Below, piece after piece: positions 1-8,203 of a stretch of 8,724 nucleotides of DNA. A program made the position numbers and the translations under genes. Under the pieces are notes generated by a model. It searched no databases, was not told the DNA's origin, and was given only the letters and a program-made list of their open reading frames with translations. The stretch's first letter is position 1; every line of letters begins with the position of its first letter. This DNA is from Octopus sinensis. Taxonomy: Eukaryota. The stretch covers positions 1 through 8,724 of the forward strand of contig NW_021828361.1 in assembly GCF_006345805.1 (NCBI RefSeq), given 5' to 3'.

Positions 1-63
1 CAAAGTTGTCCTCGGTGGGAACTGAACTCAGAGCGAAAGAACCGGAGGAAAAGCCGCTGAGCC
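1..63 (-). mobile_element. Fragment of a tRNA-derived SINE head, running off the window start
   Basis: Minus strand reads GGCTCAGCGGCTTTTCCTCCGGTTCTTTCGCTCTGAGTTCAGTTCCCACCGAGGACAACTTTG, with a B-box-like GAGTTCAGTTCC. It resembles the head of an abundant octopus SINE as I recall it (unverified). An A18 run abuts it at 64-81. Confidence 0.55.
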
Positions 64-634
64 AAAAAAAAAAAAAAAAAATCTAAATCGATTCATGGGT
101 TATTAGGAATACAGAACAAAGAGATGACGCAAGTAAACACATTTAGGATAGAGAATGATAACGGGAGAGAGACAGATGAGAGAGAGAAGTGTTAGAAAAA
201 AGAAGAGATAGATAGATAGAGAAGGTGAGACGTCGTGGGCGACATGAGAAACAAAGCAAATCCATTTCAGTTATATCCCGCCTTTTCCAACCATATTGAC
301 ACGACCCGAGCTGTTAGCACTTTATGAAATGATTATTTTCATTGTAAATATATAAATATGACGCTATTAATTCCTTGCTCACATGTACTGTCGTAACATC
401 TCGCATCTCCTGGCAGAAGAGAAATTTCACACGGGAAGATTGAAGAGGAAAACGAGAAAAATAGAGAATAAGTAATAATGATGAAAGATATGATGATGGC
501 GAAGATGATGGAGATAATGCAGAAGACGAGAGGAAAAGAAAGAAAGAAGGAAAATTAGAAAGAGAAGGAAATAAAAAAAAAGCGAAAAAGAAGATCTTGT
601 GTAAGAAATTATCGGCGAATATAACACCTATATT

Positions 635-988
635 TCACACACACACAAACACATACACACACACACAAACATACAAAACACACACACACATACACACACA
701 CACACACATACGCTCAAACGTAAACATATAGCACACACACACATATATGTGCGTGTGTAAGTGGGTTTATATACAGACGTATATTATATGTGTGGGTGTA
801 TGTATACAGAATATGCGTATGTGTGTATATTACGTCTACGTGCTTTTGCATATGTACCACACACACGGGTATGATTCATATATACGTATATATTCATGTA
901 ATATATATATATACATACACACGCTCACACACACACATATATATATACATAAATTATATATATATATATATATATTATAATATATACC

Positions 989-1032
<44 letters not shown>

Positions 1033-1173
1033 TACATACATACATATATATATATACAACACATTTGTGTTAATGGTTGTGTATATGTGTATGTAGGTGT
1101 AACAGTATGTACGTATATTTATGTATAATATATATATATCATATATATGTAGTATATATGTGCCTGTAAGTCC

Positions 1174-1205
<32 letters not shown>

Positions 1206-1250
1206 ATATATATATATATATATATAATTATATATACAATATTCACATTC
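635..1250. repeat. Compound imperfect (CA)n/(TG)n/(TA)n microsatellite field
   Basis: Directly visible dinucleotide runs. Confidence 0.95.
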
Positions 1251-1384
1251 ATATATCATCATTATACATACATCTGATTATGCTACACAATAAAAATCAT
1301 ATCAGATACCGCATAAAAGAAACTAATTGCCCCACAAACACACAAAGAAGTATACGCTTAAGCAGAAAGATGCATATACACACG

Positions 1385-1465
1385 CTTCCTCCCTCTTTTT
1401 ATTCTTTCTCTCTGTCTCTGCCCCTCTCTCTCTCTCTTTCTCTCTCTCGCTCTTCTCTCTCTCAC
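1385..1465. repeat. Imperfect (CT)n polypyrimidine microsatellite
   Basis: CTCTCTGTCTCTGCCCCTCTCTCTCTCTCTTTCTCTCTCTCGCTC... Confidence 0.9.
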
Positions 1466-1624
1466 AGTTTCAAAGTAGCTCATAAGTCTGTCAAATTTTC
1501 GAATATAAAACTGTCTAAACACTGTCTTACATAGGTGACATTGTCTATGCATTCATATATACACGTTTAATGCAAACAGTCAAACACGATCAGAAAACAT
1601 CGCTACAGATATTCACATAACGAA

Positions 1625-1659
1625 GTACATATATGTATATTATATAAACTGTATATATA

Positions 1660-1705
<46 letters not shown>

Positions 1706-1717
1706 ATATATATATAT

Positions 1718-1784
<67 letters not shown>

Positions 1785-1936
1785 ATATATAATATATATA
1801 TATAATATATGTATATATTATATATATATATGCTTACATACATACACAAAGACACATACTCCCCACACACATATATATATATATGTGCATGCATGTGTTG
1901 TGTGTGAGTGAGTTTGTATGTGTGTATATAAATATG

Positions 1937-1980
<44 letters not shown>

Positions 1981-3100
1981 TATTTGTGTGTGTGTGTGTG
2001 TGGTGTATCCTAGCAATATTTATCTTGTATTTATATACATATACGGAATATATTCTTATCGATGCATACATAAAGATAGACAGGTAGAGGCTCATGAATA
2101 TTCATATATATAACTTGATCAAAAGACATACCTACATGTATATGCATACAAATACATTTACATGAACATACACACAAACATATATACATACATATATATA
2201 TATATATATAAACAGAAAGAGGCATATATATATATTCATATAACATTTATATAAACGCATAGTTTATCTTTGACTTTAACATCTTTCCTGTTTCAAACAC
2301 ACACAAACACAGACATACACACAGACACATACACACAAGTACACACATATGCACGCTCACACACGCACACTCACACACTCGAGACACATATGAACCTCGT
2401 CCCTGCGCATATACACACACAAGAGACACGTTTTGTATTTAGAAATCTTTACTGAATGTAATATTACACACTTGCACATCGCACGTATAGACACACTCTT
2501 CTAAATCAATCTTTCCCAAACGCACAAGCACACGTATACACACATATACACATACTTACACATATACACATGCACACACATGCACGCATCCATACACGCG
2601 TATACAATAAACACATATATAACCCTTTGGTTGAGTCTATATATGAATGTGTGCACGCATGCGTATATGTGTATCTGTACGCATATGTGAGATCTGTATC
2701 AGTGCATACATACATATATAATATATATATATAATATATCTATATATATATATATATATATATAATAATATATATATATATATATATATACATGCATATT
2801 TATAAATATATATATATATACATATGCATATATGTATACGCATAATATATATATGCATATTTGTATACATATATATATATATATATATAGAATATATATA
2901 TATATATACACTCTGTTTTGTGTATATATTTCTGTTTAATGTGTGTATGCATTATTCGCACGTGTGTGCATGTGTGCGCGGAGGTGTGTGAGTGTACGTG
3001 GCACATACAATAATGAGTGCATATACATGTCAATATATATGCAAATATGTATAAAATATTATATATTATGTATATGTATATATATATAATGTATTACACA

Positions 3101-3146
<46 letters not shown>

Positions 3147-3290
3147 GATATATATTATATATATATATATACAGACACACACACACACACACCCTCGCAC
3201 TCTTAAATACACCCATTTCTATTGTATGTGTATCTGCATGTGTGCGGGGTGTAGTATATGTGTGTGTGTTGTGCGTGTATACACTCACAC
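1625..3290. repeat. Long compound (TA)n/(CA)n/(TG)n microsatellite field with short unique spacers
   Basis: Near-continuous TA runs at about 1660-1830, 1935-1980, 2715-2910 and 3075-3170, interleaved with CA/TG runs. Confidence 0.95.
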
Positions 3291-3579
3291 ATATCTCTCG
3301 TATTTGCCGTCGCGACCATTGATGGCGGAGAAAAGAATTTTCCTAAGTGTCCATCAAATGGACTGCACAAATATGCGCGAAAGCTGACAGATGTCACTTT
3401 CCGGCATTATCAATGTATCTAGAAGATTGGAAAAGAGGCTCTCCATCCTACCAGGACCACCCCTAGCCACACTGTAACCCACCTCGACTTGTACGATCCC
3501 CTGTACTCCACTTCAATTCTTTTACACATTGTATATTGGTTTTTGTTTTATTTTTATTATTTTTCTTGTCTTCTTCATC

Positions 3580-3612
3580 TTGTTGTTGTTGTTGTTGTTG
3601 TTGCTGTTGTTG
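3580..3612. repeat. (TTG)n trinucleotide repeat
   Basis: TTGTTGTTG... run with one TGC interruption. Confidence 0.95.
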
Positions 3613-3704
3613 CAGGCCACTTGTGGAGCATATAACGAATAGGGTCAGCAGAAGTAGTTTATGTACTCACGTCAATCATACGTTTTATCATATATCTGTG
3701 TGTG

Positions 3705-4275
3705 CTACACCATCACTACCACCACCACCACCACCACCACCACCACCACTACCACCACTACTACGACAGTGAACACTACCACCACTACTACGACAGTGAA
3801 CATCAGCCACAACATCGCCACCGTCACCAGCATCACTATCACCAGCACCGCTACCACTGTTTCGCCCCCCCGCAACCACTGCCGCCGCCTCCACTGCCTC
3901 TGCAACCCCTGCCGACACCACCAACACCAACACCAGCACCACCATCACCACCTCCACCACAGCCAACGTCAATAATAATATCGACACTGCCACAAGCATC
4001 CCTATCACCAGCACCGCTACCATTGCCCCTCCCCCAGTCACTGCCGCCGCCACCACTGACGACACCACCACCACAAGCATCCCAAGATCTTCTAGCATCA
4101 TCTTCCCAAAGACGACGAGGCCTACTACCACTAACACCACAAGCCGCATGTTCATTTTTATCACCACCACCACCACCACCACCACCACCACCGCTGCTGC
4201 CACTACCACCATTACAACCACCTGTACTATTAACCACTCCCCCACCGTCCATCGCCACATTGCTACGACTGTCAT
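3705..4275. repeat. Degenerate (CAC/ACC)n low-complexity region containing a 27-bp tandem duplication (3751-3802)
   Basis: Pure CAC runs at about 3720-3750 and 4162-4192. ACCACCACTACTACGACAGTGAACA occurs at 3751 and again at 3778. Confidence 0.9.
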
Positions 4276-4417
4276 TATTATTAATGTTTATTACCGAACC
4301 TATCACTTCAGTTGCCAGGATCTGAACTTCTGACATAGACTTTACTCTCCTACAACCACCAAGCGGTCACAATCAGAACCACCAGCGAGCAACCATTAAT
4401 AGAACAGTCACTGCAAT

Positions 4418-4953
4418 TGGCTGTGTGGTTAAGAAATCCGTTTTCCTTGTAACCGAGTGGTTTGGGGTTCAGTCCTAAGTGCATCACCTTGGATCATCGT
4501 ATGCTACTATAGCCCCGAGGCGAACAGCCTTGTCAATGAGTCTGGTAGAAAGTTTGTTTCGGAACCACAAGGTTTGACGCTCAGTCCCACAGCGTGGCAA
4601 CTTAGGCCAGTGTCTTCTATTATAACCTCGGACCAGTCAAAGCCTTGTGAATAGATTTGTGAATCGGAAACTAAAAGAAGCCTTTCGTATATACATACAT
4701 ATATGTGTGTTTGTGTGTGTGAATGTGTGTGTCTTTGTGCGTATGTTTGTCAACCCCATCTTCGCTTAACAAAGCGTGTTGGTGTAATTACGTTCCCTTA
4801 TTCTAGCGGTTCAGCAAAAGGGTTCTGATATAATAAGTACTAAGCGTTAAAAAATAAGTACTGGGGCCGATTCTTTTCGACTGGCCCAATTTAAGACGGG
4901 TGTCCCAGCACGGCCGCAGTCATATCACTTAAACAAGTAAAAGATAAAAGATA
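4418..4953 (+). mobile_element. Old, diverged tRNA-derived CORE-type SINE with a duplicated head/core (units about 4418-4547 and 4543-4680), internal (TA)/(TG) microsatellite and (GATAAAA)n tail
   Basis: A-box-like TGGCTGTGTGG at 4418; B-box-like GGTTCAGTCC at 4466-4475. Colinear with the younger copy at 7765-8178, including the tail ...GGCCGCAGTC...AAACAAGTAAAAGATAAAAGATA. Confidence 0.85.
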
Positions 4954-5047
4954 TTATTCCTTTTTTTTTTACTGTTTGTAAAATTTTTGCCTTTCTTCAT
5001 GCCCGTGTATATTATGTTTCACACCGTCTCATTATGGTCAATTACGA

Positions 5048-5048
5048 G

Positions 5049-5079
<31 letters not shown>

Positions 5080-5220
5080 TATATATATATACACACACAC
5101 ATAAATATGCGTATATGTATATATATATATATATATACATAAATATGCGTATATGTATATGTATATATATTATATATATATATATATATATAGTATATAT
5201 ATATGTATTTGTGTATGTAG
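5048..5220. repeat. Compound (TA)n/(CA)n microsatellite
   Basis: Directly visible. Confidence 0.95.
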
Positions 5221-5478
5221 GTACATAACGATGAATAGCTAACGCGAAAACCAATTGGTTCCGTTTCAGTCTCTTACCTTATTATTATTATTATTAACTG
5301 CTTATAATCATCAATAATAATGACCTTTTTGACTAGTAATACTCTAAATGTATATATTTGTCACTACCTGTCATAAATAGCCTTTTTATATCTACAATAT
5401 GCATTTTCGTTGATTTTTCATATTTTACCTTTACATTTTCACGTGTATTTTATATTTTTTTTCAAAACATAATTTCTA

Positions 5479-5479
<1 letters not shown>

Positions 5480-5523
<44 letters not shown>

Positions 5524-5635
5524 ATATACATGTATGCATGTATGTATGTATGCATGTATAATATAAATAGAGATACATACACACACATATGTGCATATGT
5601 ATATATATATATGTGTGTCTGTCTGTGTGTGTGCG
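5480..5635. repeat. Compound (TA)n/(TATG)n/(TG)n microsatellite
   Basis: Directly visible. Confidence 0.95.
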
Positions 5636-5719
5636 GATTTGCTTTTGTAAATGTCTACCCACTACATAGAGAACGGCATTGGTTTGTTTACATCAGCATA
5701 ATTTTGCAGTTTGGTACAT

Positions 5720-5813
5720 GAGACCGATCGACTATCTACTAGACTTTAAAAAAAAAAAAAGAAGTACAGGAATCGATTTTTTCGACTGGTGCTGGCTAAC
5801 ATGCGGCCCGCAG
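5720..5813 (+). mobile_element. Diverged 3' fragment of the same SINE family
   Basis: GAGACCGAT...CTACTAGACTT-A(n)-GAAGTACAGGAATCGATTTTTTCGACTGGTGCT aligns with GAGACCAAT...GTACTAGGCTTACAAAGAATAAGTCCTGGGGTCGATTTGCTCGACT...GGTGCT of the 7765 copy. Confidence 0.65.
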
Positions 5814-6172
5814 ACCTTTATCTTGCAGCCTGCTTGATACTTTCTTGAATGGGTTTATTTAAACAAGCATTTAAAAATTTTTATCAAACATTAAAGATTG
5901 TAATGTAAAGTAAAATAGAAAGATACTACTGTTTTTGTGACGATAATATTTCTTGTTGAATCAACGGTCATACCTTCATTCTTGTAATAATTGCATTACG
6001 GTAATTGTAATAATTATTGTAATGATAGCATGAGAAAGCAAAATGCTTTCAATTCTATCAGCAGTGATTATTTGACTATTAGTGCATTAAGAATACAAGC
6101 GGCGTTCAAAAGACTTTCTGTGATTAAAATGACCAGCGATGTAATTTCATCTGGCCAGGCTTGGAATAGACA

Positions 6173-6242
6173 CTTCAGGGTGGTGTTCAAGCATGGCCGC
6201 AGTCCAGTGACTGAAACAAGTAAAAGATAAAAGATAAAAGAA
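6173..6242 (+). mobile_element. Orphan 3' tail (about 70 nt) of the same SINE family or of its partner LINE
   Basis: GGTGGTGTTCAAGCATGGCCGCAGTCCAGTGACTGAAACAAGTAAAAGATAAAAGATAAAAG matches about 8111-8178 and the 3' end of the 4418 copy. Confidence 0.8.
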
Positions 6243-6460
6243 TCAGCTAAATACCGTAATCACAGCCACTACATCTACGACTATTACCTTGGCATCACCA
6301 CGAACACAACCATAGCACCCATTACAACTACAGACCTTTCAACACAACGCTAATACTATTACAATAACATAACACATAACATTATCAACACAACACAGGC
6401 TCTATTAGAGCACTAGAAACAACTGCAGTCATTACACCGAATTAAATATTATTATCACTA
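6243..6460. repeat. Highly degenerate (ACA/CAC/TAA) low-complexity tract
   Basis: Strong C/A skew on the plus strand with remnants of CAC/ACA/AAT triplets. Confidence 0.6.
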
Positions 6461-6474
6461 AGCTGCCTAGTGGA

Positions 6475-6555
6475 GGTGTTAGTGGGGGATGTTTAATGGT
6501 GATTATGTCATCTTGACAATGGCATAATCACCATTAAACATCATCCACTAACACC
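6475..6555 (+). ncRNA. 81-nt hairpin with a 37-bp stem; candidate pri/pre-miRNA or fold-back
   Basis: Arms 6475-6511 and 6519-6555 give 34 Watson-Crick pairs, 2 G:U pairs and 1 G-A mismatch around a 7-nt loop (CTTGACA). The hairpin itself is certain; the RNA-gene call is inference. Confidence 0.4.
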
Positions 6556-6674
6556 GGCGTCGTGACAAGAGTGCAGTAGTCCGGAAAGGAGAAATGCCAT
6601 ATATAGATGGAAATATTCACATTGGCCTTGGAAACCAGGCTCATCATAGTTTCACCGCGTTTAAAGTCACAGAC

Positions 6675-6677
<3 letters not shown>

Positions 6678-6746
<69 letters not shown>

Positions 6747-6755
6747 ATATTATAT
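6678..6755. repeat. (TA)n microsatellite
   Basis: Directly visible. Confidence 0.97.
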
Positions 6756-7200
6756 GTAGAAAAATACAAACTGGGACAGGAACGTAAACATTTAGAAGAC
6801 GATACAAAAAAAACACGGACGGGACATTCGAAGCCTTCAATCTCCAGTCAAGAACCGGATCATGCTCGCAATTTCGGCTGATTAATCTTGACTTGAGATC
6901 GCTCCGATCCGGCCAGCCCCAAGGAAAAACTAAGCTACGAGCATTAGATTTTTTGTAAAAAGGATCGAATGTATACGAAACAAGGACAGAAAAACGGACG
7001 ATGCCACACGAATATAAATACAAAAAACAATAATAGTAATAACAGGACAAAAACAGCGGGTGTCTTACGACTAAAGACAGTACAACTTAGTTCAGCTGGC
7101 GTATTTGGAAAAAAATGCCTTTTTCGGCAGACGAAGACAACGATGTTCTCGTAGCGCTGGTTAGAAGCCGAAAGGCTGGTTGACCAGCGGTCACGTGATA
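6756..7200. mobile_element. Probable interspersed repeat of undetermined class abutting (TA)n; right boundary uncertain
   Basis: Abrupt switch from (TA)n to complex, CpG-containing sequence starting GTAG, the same junction as at 7516. It resembles an octopus dispersed repeat from memory only. Confidence 0.4.
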
Positions 7201-7216
7201 CAAAATATATAAATAG

Positions 7217-7405
7217 ATTGTTTGTTCTTTCTCGAGCCATGCCTGGCTCATACAGCCGATTTCCTTGGCGTATATGTTCCCCACCTTCTGCCGTAGCCGC
7301 GTGGAGCTTAGGTGTTTCGCTCATAAACACAAACATCCTCCTTCGGTCTGAGATTCGAACACGCGATCCTCGACCGCGAGTTCGCTGCTTTAACTACTAG
7401 GCCAT
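7217..7405 (-). mobile_element. Short tRNA-derived SINE (tRNA-Arg-like head; probably OR-type octopus SINE)
   Basis: Minus strand has A-box TGGCCTAGTAG (7404-7394) and B-box GTTCGAATC (7360-7352) with tRNA spacing, followed by a non-tRNA body and an AACAAACAAT tail. Confidence 0.8.
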
Positions 7406-7473
7406 CAGGACAGCATATACATAGATGTGATGTACTTAATAAAATTCCAATACACATTCCACATTCCATCCAC

Positions 7474-7477
<4 letters not shown>

Positions 7478-7515
<38 letters not shown>
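7478..7515. repeat. (TA)n microsatellite
   Basis: Directly visible. Confidence 0.97.
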
Positions 7516-7518
<3 letters not shown>

Positions 7519-7601
7519 GGTCCCCGTTGATTCGGGGTTAACCACAGTAAATAAGGTACTCAATACATAGCAGAGTAAAAATTATTTATTATATAGAAGG
7601 G

Positions 7602-7649
7602 GCTTCTACAGGACTAGAACTTTTCATTCAAGAGAAATCTTCAGGAAGC
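7602..7649 (-). ncRNA. Type I hammerhead ribozyme motif, stem III disrupted by an indel
   Basis: Minus strand reads GCUUC-CUGAAGA-UUUCUCUUGAAU-GAAA-AG-UUCUAGUC-CUG-UA-GAAGC. It lacks the C needed to pair in stem III. Confidence 0.55.
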
Positions 7650-7699
7650 GCTTCCTGAAGATTTCTCTTGAATGAAAACAGTTCTAGTCCTGTAGAAGC
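7650..7699 (+). ncRNA. Type I hammerhead ribozyme motif (GUA triplet; predicted cut 7694/7695) with one extra A in the GAAA box
   Basis: Stem I GCUUC(7650-54)/GAAGC(7695-99); core CUGAAGA(7655-61); stem II UUC/GAA closed by U-U; GAAAA(7674-78); stem III ACAG/CUGU with a CUAG-containing loop; H17 = A7694. Confidence 0.7.
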
Positions 7700-7705
7700 T
7701 CCTTC

Positions 7706-7711
<6 letters not shown>

Positions 7712-7764
<53 letters not shown>
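7712..7764. repeat. (TA)n microsatellite
   Basis: Directly visible. Confidence 0.97.
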
Positions 7765-7767
<3 letters not shown>

Positions 7768-8178
7768 TAGGAGTGGCTGTCTGGTAAGTAGCTTGCTTGT
7801 CGACTACATGGTTCCAGGTTCATCCTACTACGTGGCACCTTGGCCAAGTATCTTCTACTATAGCCTTGGGCCGACCAAAGCCTTGTGAGTGGATTTGGTA
7901 GACGGAAACTGAAAGAAGCCCGTCGTATATATGTATATATATGTATGTGTGTGTATATGTTTGCGTGTCTGTGTTTGTCCTCCCATCATCGCTTGACAAC
8001 CGATGCTGGTGTGTTTACGTCCCCGTCACTTAGCGGTTCGGCAAAAGAGACCAATAGAATGAGTACTAGGCTTACAAAGAATAAGTCCTGGGGTCGATTT
8101 GCTCGACTAAAGGTGGTGCTCCAGCATGGCCACAGTCAAACGACTGAAACAAGTAAAAGAGTAAAGAGTAAAAGAGTA
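7765..8178 (+). mobile_element. Full-length tRNA-derived CORE-type SINE (octopus OR/OK-like; exact family name not determined)
   Basis: A-box-like TGGCTGTCTGG and B-box-like GGTTCATCC; MIR-core-like CACCTTGGCCAAGT; internal (TA)/(TG) repeat at about 7926-7975; 3' tail ending in (GTAAAAGA)n. Three homologous copies or fragments occur elsewhere in the window. Confidence 0.9.
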
Positions 8179-8203
8179 TATACATACACACACATATATA
8201 TAT

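Larger units (their letters stand above)
7516..7717. mobile_element. (AT)n-embedded PLE-like mini-element: minus-strand copy (7516-7649) joined head-to-head to an inverted partial copy (7650-7717)
   Basis: Spacer-less palindrome at 7590-7711, a hammerhead fold in each arm, and (AT)n on both sides. The PLE assignment is inferred from the known association of type I hammerheads and inverted partial pLTRs with Penelope-like elements. Confidence 0.65.

Noticed and set aside
465-640. Stop-free plus frame reading as acidic then Lys-rich peptide (SNNDERYDDGEDDGDNAEDERKRKKEGK...) with GTAAGA at 601
   Set aside because: No start codon and no polypyrimidine acceptor; best explained as degenerate (GAT)n/(GAA)n repeat.
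1385-1540. Polypyrimidine tract + CAG (1465-1467) and AG|GTGACA (1535) resembling a small exon
   Set aside because: The tract is a (CT)n microsatellite, the donor is weak, and all three frames contain a stop.
2094-5260. Short palindromes such as ATGAATATTCAT (2094-2105), GTCCAT-CAA-ATGGAC (about 3349-3363) and AACCAATTGGTT (5249-5260)
   Set aside because: Expected by chance in AT-rich sequence of this length.
5272-5296. Consensus splice donor AAG|GTAAGA on the minus strand
   Set aside because: The adjacent putative exon is an (AAT)n repeat with no credible acceptor.
5788-5831. ATGCGGCCCGC motif reminiscent of hAT transposon subterminal repeats
   Set aside because: No partner TIR or TSD; it aligns as the degenerate continuation of the SINE tail (GGTGCT..CATG..GCCGCAG).
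6855-6912. Possible hammerhead on the minus strand (7-bp closing stem and GAAA)
   Set aside because: No CUGANGA or covariant core, no stem II, and position 17 would be G.
7340-7405. Possible tRNA gene
   Set aside because: It has A/B boxes but no complete cloverleaf or acceptor stem, and continues into a SINE body and tail.
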